Shown: positions 11,017 to 19,810 of the stretch, one piece after another | Numbering within the stretch: position 1 is the first letter of the stretch | Layout of the letters: each line of letters starts with the position of its first letter | Assembly (NCBI GenBank): GCA_017608505.1 | Contig: JAFCFT010000001.1 | Coordinates: 5,833 to 69,832 of the forward strand | Reading direction: 5' to 3' | Source: Candidatus Parvarchaeota archaeon | Lineage (GTDB): Archaea > Nanobdellota > Nanobdellia > WJKC01 | Length of the DNA stretch: 64,000 bases | Translations under genes and position numbers: made by a program | The notes under the pieces: model-generated | Database searches by the model: none | What the model was told of the DNA's origin: nothing | The model's input: the letters and a program-made list of their open reading frames with translations, nothing else

Positions 11017-12048
11017 CTAAAGCTTATAATCTAATGACTTTATTTCGATATATTTACCATTACTTTTTAATGATTTCTGCGCAGATTCTAATATATTAGT
11101 TATTAATAACCCTTCTAGTGCATCTGTTTTTGGTTGTTTATCATTTATTAAGCAATCTAGAAAATGTTTACACTCTTCTTTTAGCGGTTCTTTTATAGGC
11201 ACCTTGGGTATTATTATGTCCCCATCTCTTATGCTAATCTGAAATTCACCAAAGTCTGGACATACTTGATTTCCTGATTTAATTACTCCTTTATCAAATA
11301 TTTTTATAGGTTCTGATTTATTAATGTCATTAAAGACAACCATCTTTTTATCTCCTACAAAAGTAGTTTCCCTAATCTTTAGAGGACCCAACCAACTAGC
11401 GTTAATATTCATTTTAACTTTGTTCGGATAATACAATGTCAAAAAAACCACATCTTCAATACCTTTTTGTAGATAATCTTCTCCTTGCGCGATAACACCT
11501 ATTGGATTCTTTTTGAAGACATATTGAAATATAGTAATGTCATGTATTGCAAGGTCCCACATTGCGTTGACATCTTTTCTAATAGGCCCGAGGCCCATTC
11601 TAGTGGAGTAAGCGTAATACATTTTTCCTAGTTTGTTCTTGTTAACAAGTTCTCTAAGATACTCTACAGCGGGGTTGTATTCAAAAATATGGCCGACCAT
11701 TACTTTTTTGTTTTTTTCTTTAGCTAATTTAATTATTTCAATACCATCTTTGATACATGTAACAAAAGGTTTTTCAACTAATACATTTTTATTATGTTCT
11801 AATGATTCCCTAATCAATTTGTAATGTGTTGTTGCAGGCGTAGCGATTAACACTCCATCTATAGCTTTATCATTAAGTATTTTGTGATAATCCAACACCG
11901 GCTTAACATTATAAGTCTCACTAATATTTTTGCATTTGTCAATATCCAAGTCACAACAATATATCAATTCCGCTTCTGGCAATTCATTTAGAACTCTTAC
12001 ATAATTTGGACCCCAACGTCCGCAACCGATAATTCCAAGTTTTACCAT
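11017..12048 (-). CDS. Gfo/Idh/MocA-family NAD(P)-dependent sugar oxidoreductase (WbpB/GnnA-like)
   Basis: N-terminal Rossmann KLGIIGCGRWGPNY; VLVEKPF (EKP motif). Confidence 0.8.
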   Translation of the reverse strand: MVKLGIIGCGRWGPNYVRVLNELPEAELIYCCDLDIDKCKNISETYNVKPVLDYHKILNDKAIDGVLIATPATTHYKLIRESLEHNKNVLVEKPFVTCIKDGIEIIKLAKEKNKKVMVGHIFEYNPAVEYLRELVNKNKLGKMYYAYSTRMGLGPIRKDVNAMWDLAIHDITIFQYVFKKNPIGVIAQGEDYLQKGIEDVVFLTLYYPNKVKMNINASWLGPLKIRETTFVGDKKMVVFNDINKSEPIKIFDKGVIKSGNQVCPDFGEFQISIRDGDIIIPKVPIKEPLKEECKHFLDCLINDKQPKTDALEGLLITNILESAQKSLKSNGKYIEIKSLDYKL

Positions 12049-12063
12049 TTTAAGAATTTAAGC

Positions 12064-15000
12064 TTATCTTTTATTCTTAAATTTTGCGCTTTTAATTAAA
12101 GTACCAATAATGAGTAACATGTATGCAATGAATAATGTGTAATTGGTAAAATACCTTAATTTAAACGATTTAATTACAAATATTGCTCCTAAAGGTATTA
12201 AGTGTATATAAACAATAATTAATGCTATTGTTAAACACCATTTTTCAAGATGTTTAATGGATAGAATTCTTTTGTAATATAAAAAAATCTTTGATTTTTC
12301 AAATTCTTTAATTATCATTTTTTCTTGATTGTTAAAACTCTTTTTAAATTTTAATTTATATATGTTAAGTCTTTTATTTTTTGAGCATAGCCAAATAAGA
12401 ATATATAAAGTAAAAATTTTGAAAATAATTTTAGTTATAATTATTGTTTGAATAATCTCTTTATGTAAGAAAATAATTAGTAAGATTAAAAGAGTGAACA
12501 ATGAAAGTATAATATGTGTATAATATGTTTCTTGTTTTTTGTAAATAATACTGACTGTAAAATTTCCCGTTTTATTAATGTAATATGTGTTAGCAAAGCC
12601 ATTAACTTTGTAGTGTTCGAAAGTTGTTCTGTCTGATTCAGCAATCCAAGCAGAATCATAAGAACTTGAGAATACAAGGAAGAAGGGTTTGCTAGAATTA
12701 ACATTAACTATATAATTTGTTGGATTTAATTTAGAAAACGAAATGTGTGGTCCATATTGTTTTGTGCTTTCTTCTTTATGTTTAGTTAGTATAATGTTGT
12801 GTATTTTAGCATATGTTGTTGCATTGAATTCTAAAGAGGATATGTTAAATTCTCCAAGAGAGATAATGGCTGGTTTGCTTGAGTTAATGAATATAGATCT
12901 ATTTTGATTGTTCAATGAAATGTTGATAAGGCCTGTGCCAGATACAGAAAGGCTGATATTGTAAATATCATTTTTAATGTTTGTCTTTTTATAATAATGA
13001 TTTAAGAGCAATTCTTTTGGATAGAATGTTGCATTGCGAATCCAAAATGAGTAAAAATTGTTAGGAGCGTCAACTATCCACCATTTATGCAAGTAAAAAT
13101 AGATTGCGTCAATGTCGTTTAATGATTTATTTAGTAAGTTAGCATACTCGCTGATGTTTATTGTGATTGTGCTGTAACCTGTAGTATAAGAGAGAGGGTC
13201 ACTTGCGAGAATTTTGCTGGTATTTTTAAAATGTAATCCAAACTGCAATGTTTGAATTGATTTGTCTTCTAGCATGAATTCAAATTTTAGAATTGGGAAA
13301 TTAGAAATGTTAAAGTCAATTGGAATTCTCAATAAGAAATATTCGTCTACACTTTCATTTTGATAAAAATGAACATCGAAACGCCAAGTATTGTTGTTTA
13401 TTAAAATGTTTGGTCTGCAGTTAATTTCGCAGCCGTAAACTCCATAGGAGCTGGTTAGTATATTAGGAATTTTATTTTGGAAAGGAACATCATATTTGTC
13501 AGGAGTAAAAGCGTAATCCATGGATGGGTGAATTAAAGAAGTTGCAATAGCAATACTTGAAATTGCTGCTTCGCCTTGACTGATAAATTCAATGAATTTT
13601 TCTGATGAAATGTTTGCAATTTTATGCCAAGAAATGCTTGAAGAATTAATTGAGAATGTTGCATTATCTATTTTGATTAAGATAGGGCCAAGAGATTTTA
13701 TGTAAAGTGTTCCTGTGGTACTAATTGGTACTTTAAGGGTTGAATTAGGAACTAGTGTTAAAATAGATGAATCAATATGGCTAGAGTATTTTGGATTGTA
13801 CCACCACCAGCCAAATGAGTAATCAAAGAAACGAGCCCAGCCAGCTGATGCATTACTATTGGTTACAAAGTCAGATGGTTTGTATTTTGTTGCGTTAATT
13901 AGCTGAATGTCTAATGGGTCTGAAGCAATTATATCATCAACTATTTCTATTAATTGAGTATTGGCTTGGGAAGCAAAGAAAATGGCGGGCTTTGAAGAAT
14001 TAAGAGAATCATAGTTAGTAAGTATGTCTAAATTTGAAGACGTAAGAATACTCTTGTCAGCAGCATAAATAATAGGCGAATAGTTAGGAACTTCAAAAAT
14101 GTGAACATTTGAATATTGTTTGTTTGTTATGGAAACTTCTGGAAGCAGTTTTTTAATATATTCTGTTTTAGATTTGCTGTATTGAGAGGAAATTGTAGGG
14201 AAATATTGCATGTATGAGTAATTCCAAAATTTGGAGCTGAAGTCATCGCGTGAAATGATATACTTTATGTTTAGTATTCTAAGAAGATCTTGGAGATTAT
14301 TAGGAGACTCGTAATTGATGAGATTTGAAAGGTAAGCAGTGATTCTATTTGGATCTGTTTCAAGACTTATATATTGGTTAAGTGATGGCTTTGGTGAAGT
14401 GGTAATCATTGGGTCTACGCCAGGGTATTTTAAATTTTTGGGATGCATTGGTTGGTTCATTGGCAGGTAAAGCACCCTGTAATTGTTTGGATCGTTGTTT
14501 AGAGATAGCATTATTTCGCCGTAAGATTTGTCCCATTCGTAAATTTGGACTTGATTCATAAAATTTCCGGAGAGGAGTGGGTAAGAAAAAAGGACAATAG
14601 CAAGAACGAACAAAGGCAACAATTTTTTGTTTTTAAACAATTCGTAACTCGAGCCAAAAAGGACCGCATATGCAAAAGCAGGAATAAATAATAAGTGATG
14701 AACTTCTCTAAAAATTCCAATAAATGGAATTTTTAAGAATAATTCACCAAAAGGAGGATTTGCGCCTTTAGAAAGAAACAGTCCAATTATAGCAAGCATG
14801 ATGAAAAACCATACAAACTTTTTCTTAGATTTAATGTTTAAAAGCAATAATAATAGAATTGTTATGCCTCCAGTAAGAAATGGAATTAAGCCCACGCCCC
14901 AAACAGCGTCGACAAAATATGTAGTTCCTAAAAGAAACGGAACAGCGATTATGGGAGGTGATCTTCGGGCAATGACGTCGACACTTGTTCCTGTTTGGAT

Positions 15001-15726
15001 GTATGATGTTGTTTCTTGTATGTTTAATATTTTAGGAAGGATCCATGGGGAGTGTACTAGAAATCCAATAGAAATAATAAATAAAGAATTGGTAATCAAT
15101 GTTTTATCTTTCATGAAGAGTGAATAGAAAATTAATAAGCATGGAATCATGATGATGAATTGAAGTTGTGTAAATACTAAAGGACAAAGAAGCGCAGCAC
15201 CAAATATGTATTTTTTTTCATTCTTTGATTTTAAGAATGCAAGGAATAATAAAGGAGCAAGCATGTAAGAAAAAAGATATGTTACATGTCCCGCAACAAT
15301 TTTGTTGAAAACAAGTGGGTTCAAGGAGTAGAGAAGGCCGGAGAGAAAAGCAGAACCTAATTTTTTGAAATAGTGTTTTGAAAGAAAAAACATAAAAAGC
15401 GCAGAACCAAAAATAAAAGAGAATACTAAAAATTTAGTCATAAAGACGCCTCCAGCGCCATAAAGCGCTGGGGTACAAGTAATTAAAACATAAAGATATG
15501 GACTTGCGTAGGGGAGTTCCATTCCAAAATTATCTTCTTGCCAAGCATAGAACATTTTATATATTTGACTTGAAATCATATAAGCATATTGTGGGTATCC
15601 CCAATCATGTCGGTATCCTATAGGCCCATATTTTAGTAACAGTTGCCAAATGGATAGCAAAGCGAGGGTGATGTATACTATTATTATAGTCCAGATTTTC
15701 ATTGATTTGTATTTGTCTCTTTTCAC
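12064..15726 (-). CDS. Giant polytopic membrane protein (1220 aa), putative GT-C-like enzyme with large sequon-rich extracytoplasmic domain; function unknown
   Basis: N-terminal ~420 aa multi-TM domain paralogous to 5294-7930. The ~600-aa hydrophilic middle contains 23 N-x-S/T sequons by my count. About 4 further TM helices at the C-terminus. First gene of the operon carrying the WbpB/D/E-like trio. Confidence 0.55.
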   Translation of the reverse strand: MKRDKYKSMKIWTIIIVYITLALLSIWQLLLKYGPIGYRHDWGYPQYAYMISSQIYKMFYAWQEDNFGMELPYASPYLYVLITCTPALYGAGGVFMTKFLVFSFIFGSALFMFFLSKHYFKKLGSAFLSGLLYSLNPLVFNKIVAGHVTYLFSYMLAPLLFLAFLKSKNEKKYIFGAALLCPLVFTQLQFIIMIPCLLIFYSLFMKDKTLITNSLFIISIGFLVHSPWILPKILNIQETTSYIQTGTSVDVIARRSPPIIAVPFLLGTTYFVDAVWGVGLIPFLTGGITILLLLLLNIKSKKKFVWFFIMLAIIGLFLSKGANPPFGELFLKIPFIGIFREVHHLLFIPAFAYAVLFGSSYELFKNKKLLPLFVLAIVLFSYPLLSGNFMNQVQIYEWDKSYGEIMLSLNNDPNNYRVLYLPMNQPMHPKNLKYPGVDPMITTSPKPSLNQYISLETDPNRITAYLSNLINYESPNNLQDLLRILNIKYIISRDDFSSKFWNYSYMQYFPTISSQYSKSKTEYIKKLLPEVSITNKQYSNVHIFEVPNYSPIIYAADKSILTSSNLDILTNYDSLNSSKPAIFFASQANTQLIEIVDDIIASDPLDIQLINATKYKPSDFVTNSNASAGWARFFDYSFGWWWYNPKYSSHIDSSILTLVPNSTLKVPISTTGTLYIKSLGPILIKIDNATFSINSSSISWHKIANISSEKFIEFISQGEAAISSIAIATSLIHPSMDYAFTPDKYDVPFQNKIPNILTSSYGVYGCEINCRPNILINNNTWRFDVHFYQNESVDEYFLLRIPIDFNISNFPILKFEFMLEDKSIQTLQFGLHFKNTSKILASDPLSYTTGYSTITINISEYANLLNKSLNDIDAIYFYLHKWWIVDAPNNFYSFWIRNATFYPKELLLNHYYKKTNIKNDIYNISLSVSGTGLINISLNNQNRSIFINSSKPAIISLGEFNISSLEFNATTYAKIHNIILTKHKEESTKQYGPHISFSKLNPTNYIVNVNSSKPFFLVFSSSYDSAWIAESDRTTFEHYKVNGFANTYYINKTGNFTVSIIYKKQETYYTHIILSLFTLLILLIIFLHKEIIQTIIITKIIFKIFTLYILIWLCSKNKRLNIYKLKFKKSFNNQEKMIIKEFEKSKIFLYYKRILSIKHLEKWCLTIALIIVYIHLIPLGAIFVIKSFKLRYFTNYTLFIAYMLLIIGTLIKSAKFKNKR

Positions 15727-15779
15727 ATTGAATTTGAGTTTATAAGCACTATAAAAAACTTTTTAAGCTTCTTGATACC

Positions 15780-17225
15780 TTGAAAAAACAGATGGAAGAA
15801 AGTTATGACTCGATTTTTGGGAGAGAGTCTACAATTAAAGAAGTAAAAATAACACATGAGATGCTTCCCTTAACAATAAATGAAAATATTACTAAAAATG
15901 CATTAAATAAGGGTGCTGAAGAAAATAAATGGGTGTTGGCGTTTGTGGTAGGAACTAAACCCTGTTTTTACAAGTTCTATGGGTCAATAATTGCTGCAGA
16001 GAAGCATAATATTCCTTACATAGTGATAAATGCAAACCAGCATTATGATGATAATTTAACATATGGTATTAAGGAATTTGGAATAAATGTTGCTTGTAAT
16101 CTAAATATTAGGGGCGGATTGCTTAAAAAATCAGTAGAATTGTTACTGAAGTTCAAGTGGTTATCTGATTATTTTGAAAGAATAAATGAAAAAGCAAAGG
16201 TTGTACCTGTGGTTTTAGGCGATACAATACTAACTAGTATTGTGCCTGCTGCATGGATGTTTACTAGAAATGAAAAGGCTATACAAAATGAAGCAGGATT
16301 AAGAGCTATGGCTCCCACAGTGTTAAAAGATAAAAATGTGAGTTTTGAAGAGTTTTATAAAAAGCAAGCAACAGGTAATTGGATGCTTTTAAGAAATGAG
16401 CCGTTTCCAGAACAGTGGGATACATATGTGTCTGCTGCAGGGTGCGAATATTTATTCGCACCAACAGAATTAAATAAAAAACACTTGTTAAGAGAGGGGT
16501 ATAACGAAAACAATATTTATGTGACTGGCGGTGTAGTAGTAGAAGCTTTAGATTTAAAATTAAAGGAAAAACCAAGGAGGAGTATATTTGAAGTTTATCC
16601 GGAATTAAGTAAGGGTGAATGGATAAGAGTAGATATTCACAGGAGAGGAAACTTAACACCTACAAGATTTAAGGCAATAATAAGTGGAATTAAAAAATTG
16701 GTTAAAAGTGGATACAAAGTTAATTTTATAGAAATGAACGCTACAAAATATGCAATAAACAAATATGGTTATAGGGGTGTACTGAACAAGTTAAAAGAGA
16801 ACAAGAACTTTTTAATGACCGATGTGTGGCCCGAATATTCTAATGTGGTTGAATTTTATAAGTCAAAAAATTGCTTGACGGCATTTACAGATAGTGGTGG
16901 GGTGCAAGAAGAAATGAATTTATTAAGTAAACCATGTCTTACGTGCAGATTTAATACTGATAGGCCAGAAACGGTAATGGACGCAAAAAGTAATTTATTA
17001 GTTCCGCCTAAAAGTGGAGAATTTATATTTGATTCTATAAATTACTTAGTAAAAAATGGAAAATTGGATGAATTGTCAAAAGGAAAGAAAATTTATGGGA
17101 AAAATGTTGGTGAAAAATTTATATTGGTAATAAAAGACTTAATGAAACAGAACAAAAGTTTGTTTAATTGGGCTCATGACGTATTGGGATATGAAGAAGA
17201 AAAAATTAATCCAGACTTTTTATAA
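15780..17225 (+). CDS. UDP-N-acetylglucosamine 2-epimerase-family protein (WecB/WbpI-like) with N-terminal extension and insertions
   Basis: VVGTKPCFYKF (GTRPE-like), IQNEAGLRAM (EAGLR), FTDSGGVQEE (DSGG[IV]QEE). TTG start at 15780; first ATG at 15792. Confidence 0.8.
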   Translation: MKKQMEESYDSIFGRESTIKEVKITHEMLPLTINENITKNALNKGAEENKWVLAFVVGTKPCFYKFYGSIIAAEKHNIPYIVINANQHYDDNLTYGIKEFGINVACNLNIRGGLLKKSVELLLKFKWLSDYFERINEKAKVVPVVLGDTILTSIVPAAWMFTRNEKAIQNEAGLRAMAPTVLKDKNVSFEEFYKKQATGNWMLLRNEPFPEQWDTYVSAAGCEYLFAPTELNKKHLLREGYNENNIYVTGGVVVEALDLKLKEKPRRSIFEVYPELSKGEWIRVDIHRRGNLTPTRFKAIISGIKKLVKSGYKVNFIEMNATKYAINKYGYRGVLNKLKENKNFLMTDVWPEYSNVVEFYKSKNCLTAFTDSGGVQEEMNLLSKPCLTCRFNTDRPETVMDAKSNLLVPPKSGEFIFDSINYLVKNGKLDELSKGKKIYGKNVGEKFILVIKDLMKQNKSLFNWAHDVLGYEEEKINPDFL

Positions 17226-18183
17226 ATTCCTCCAAATTAAAAAAGAAATTATCAGACTTGGTTGCTGAAAGGGCTGATGCACGCAAAGCAAGGTCAACGC
17301 CCACTGTCACTGGAATATTGCTAGCATAAGACAGACCAAGTACTGCCATTATAGCGCTGCCAGTAGAAATATAATTATAAATAAAATTTTTTAGTTTGGG
17401 ACGGTATTTTTTAATATGCTCATTGTCAAGACTAAAAAGGTATGAGTCTAACTCTAAGTGGCTTAATAATAAATTCTTGCTCTTGCATGTATTTAATATT
17501 TTTTTGCCAGTAATTAATGCGCTGGTTGTGTTATAACAATTAATTGAAAAGATGCGTAATGCCTTAAACAAGTTGATTTTCATTAAGTCAACACCTTCAT
17601 AAAGATAGTATTTGGATTCGTTTGGGCGGACAATTATGGGTGTGTTTTCAAAAGAGTTGTTAAGTGTAGATAGTAGTTTTGTAATAAAATTGTCATTAAA
17701 TAATCCGTTTAACCCGTAGTCTAGGATCATTATTGACTCAATATCGCTTGGAGCGCTTTCTACTAGGTGTAGAAAATCATTAATTGTTTGTTTTGGGATT
17801 GTGGCGTAATGTGATTCCAGTCTAAGTAATTGTTGATTTAATGCTTTAATACGGGTGATATATGGGGTATTAACATTTTCACTAACTAGTATGCCTGAAG
17901 TGTTAACTTTAAGTTTTTGTAATTTTTTGATTATTTGGTCGCCGTCATAATCATTTCCTACGATGTTGTATGTGTAAGGAATTCCAGAGAGAGATTTAAT
18001 ATATTTTAAGACCATGCCTGCGCCACCTAGATAATTATGCGTTTCGTTGATAGTGATGCTTGGAACAGGCGCGTCGGGCGATAATTTATCAGCAGTGCCA
18101 AAAATGTACTTGTCAAGTAATAAATCTCCTATTATTAAGAGCTTCTTGTTATGGAATTTTTTAGCTTCTTTAGCAAGCGTCAT
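17206..18183 (-). CDS. pfkB/ribokinase-family sugar kinase homolog (HldE/RfaE kinase-domain-like), catalytic motif degenerate
   Basis: KKLLIIGDLLLDKYIFGTADKLSPDAPVPSITINETHNYLGGAGMV resembles the HldE domain I N-terminus. The C-terminal GAGD anion-hole motif reads STGS (NYISTGSAIMAVLG). Confidence 0.6.
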   Translation of the reverse strand: MTLAKEAKKFHNKKLLIIGDLLLDKYIFGTADKLSPDAPVPSITINETHNYLGGAGMVLKYIKSLSGIPYTYNIVGNDYDGDQIIKKLQKLKVNTSGILVSENVNTPYITRIKALNQQLLRLESHYATIPKQTINDFLHLVESAPSDIESIMILDYGLNGLFNDNFITKLLSTLNNSFENTPIIVRPNESKYYLYEGVDLMKINLFKALRIFSINCYNTTSALITGKKILNTCKSKNLLLSHLELDSYLFSLDNEHIKKYRPKLKNFIYNYISTGSAIMAVLGLSYASNIPVTVGVDLALRASALSATKSDNFFFNLEEFIKSLD

Positions 18184-18313
18184 GATTATCTAATTTTATA
18201 ATTGTGCTTGTTTTTATAAGTTGTTATCCCGCAATTCTTTTATTTTTCAAAAAACTAAAATAAAATGTGTATGTTCATGCTTTACATTGGCATCCTCATA
18301 AGCGCTTTGATAG

Positions 18314-18907
18314 TTGGTAGTAATAGTATATTTGAATAATAAGAAGAGCCAAGTTAATCAGTTGCTGTTTTTAGGGTTTGTATTGATTGGTTTGTTTGTA
18401 TTGGTAAGTTTTATAAGAAATATTTATGATATTTCAAGTGATGTGGATTTGTTTTTGGGCAGGACAACAGATGCGTTGACAATGATGTCGTCTTTTTGCG
18501 TGCTTTTGTCAGCTATTGAGTTGCGGTTTAGAAAAAGGAACGCATACAAGTTATTATGTGCGTTTGTGTTGTTTTCAATAGTTCCTTTGATTGTGCCAGA
18601 CAATTTTTATATGTATGTAAATGATAGTTGGGTGACGCCTCCTTTAATGCTTGCGTATCAGTATGCGTTGATACTTGCAAGCACAATTCTTATTGTTGCG
18701 TTGTTTTTGATGGTGGCAAGAAGGGCAAGGAGTATAAATTTGAAGCATAAGGTGCTTATGCTTGCTTTTGGATTTTTAATGGTTGTTTTTGCAGGACTTT
18801 TTGCTTTGGTGTGCGACATTTTGTTGATTTATGAAAAGGTTTATTATTTGACGCCCTTGATAATACTTATTGGCACGTCAGTAATAACATACGCTTTTAA
18901 GAGGTAA
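18314..18907 (+). CDS. Hypothetical ~6-TM membrane protein
   Basis: Six hydrophobic segments. No recognisable motif. Start uncertain (TTG at 18314). Directly upstream of the GtrB-like GT2. Confidence 0.4.
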   Translation: MVVIVYLNNKKSQVNQLLFLGFVLIGLFVLVSFIRNIYDISSDVDLFLGRTTDALTMMSSFCVLLSAIELRFRKRNAYKLLCAFVLFSIVPLIVPDNFYMYVNDSWVTPPLMLAYQYALILASTILIVALFLMVARRARSINLKHKVLMLAFGFLMVVFAGLFALVCDILLIYEKVYYLTPLIILIGTSVITYAFKR

Positions 18908-18940
18908 AGTTTTTAAGTTAGAATTAGTGATTCTAAAGTA

Positions 18941-19807
18941 ATGAAAGAGCTTGTAGTGTTGCTTCCTACGTTAAATGAGGAAAAGGGCGTTGCAAGAGTA
19001 ATAAGGCAAGTGCCTGTTACGAAGTTGAAGAAATTGGGGTTTAAGACAAAGATATTAGTGGTGGACGGGCACAGCAAGGATAAGACTAGGGAAGTAGCAG
19101 AAAAGTTAGGTGCCAAAGTGATTTTGCAAAAAGGGAAAGGCAAAGGCATGGCGTTTAGGACTGCTTTGCATGAGTTAAAGAAAAATCCTCCAGATGCGCT
19201 TGTAATGCTTGATGCAGACAATACTTATGATCCTAAAGAGATGCCGCAGTTATTGCTGCCAATAGTGATAGAAGAAGCAGATGTTGTTATGGGTGCGAGG
19301 GAAATAAAGACGCACAAAACAGGAAATAAGATTTTGACTGCAGCAGCAAAAATGGCTTTTAAGCATAATATAAAAGATTTATGCACAGGGTATTGGGCGT
19401 TTAATGAGGAGGCAATAAGAAAAATACAAGTGGATGCTAAGGGTTTTGATTTGGAAAGCGATTTGTTTGCCAAGGCAAATAAAGAGGGCTTAAGGATAAA
19501 AGGAGTGCCTGTAAGTTACAGGAAAAGGGTGGGGGAAAGCAAGTTAAGGATAAGCGACGCTTTTAAGATAGTTGGGAGGATAATAAGGAATGTAAGGGAC
19601 TGGAATCCTTTGGCTTTGTTTGGAAGCTTGGGGACTTTAGGGCTCGGCCTTGCGTTTTATTTTGGATTAAGGGTTATTGAAGATTATATGAAGAGAGGGT
19701 ACGTCGTTGCAGTAAGCACTGCAATATTGACTGCAATTTTAGGAATCACAGGATTCTTTTTTTTGACAATAGGGTTGATGCTTGATTTCTTGGAGAGAAG
19801 GGTATGA
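18941..19807 (+). CDS. GT2 polyprenol-phosphate hexose synthase-like protein (DPM1/GtrB/AglD-like) with two C-terminal TM helices
   Basis: VVLLPTLNEEKGVARVI...VVDGHSKDKTREVAEKLGAKVI...GKGKGMAFRTA...MLDADNTYDP. C-terminal TMs LALFGSLGTLGLGLAFYFGL and AILTAILGITGFFFLTIGLML. Confidence 0.7.
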   Translation: MKELVVLLPTLNEEKGVARVIRQVPVTKLKKLGFKTKILVVDGHSKDKTREVAEKLGAKVILQKGKGKGMAFRTALHELKKNPPDALVMLDADNTYDPKEMPQLLLPIVIEEADVVMGAREIKTHKTGNKILTAAAKMAFKHNIKDLCTGYWAFNEEAIRKIQVDAKGFDLESDLFAKANKEGLRIKGVPVSYRKRVGESKLRISDAFKIVGRIIRNVRDWNPLALFGSLGTLGLGLAFYFGLRVIEDYMKRGYVVAVSTAILTAILGITGFFFLTIGLMLDFLERRV

Positions 19808-19810
19808 GGC

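Noticed and set aside
17200-18320. A sharp genomic-island boundary (GC jump) near 18.2 kb
   Set aside because: Spot counts of individual 60-nt lines range from about 13% to 48% G+C on both sides. For example, lines at 9601 and 17281 give 29/60, while a line at 29401 gives 14/60. I cannot support a discrete boundary without a computed sliding window. Only the softer within-family composition contrast is reported.
18265-18339. Upstream ATG ORF (MCMFMLYIGILISALIVGSNSIFE, frame +1) that might signal a frameshifted start of the 6-TM protein
   Set aside because: The two frames share no obvious slippery site, and the downstream ORF is intact from TTG 18314. Without reads or homologs I cannot distinguish an alternative start, a tiny leader peptide and a sequencing error.
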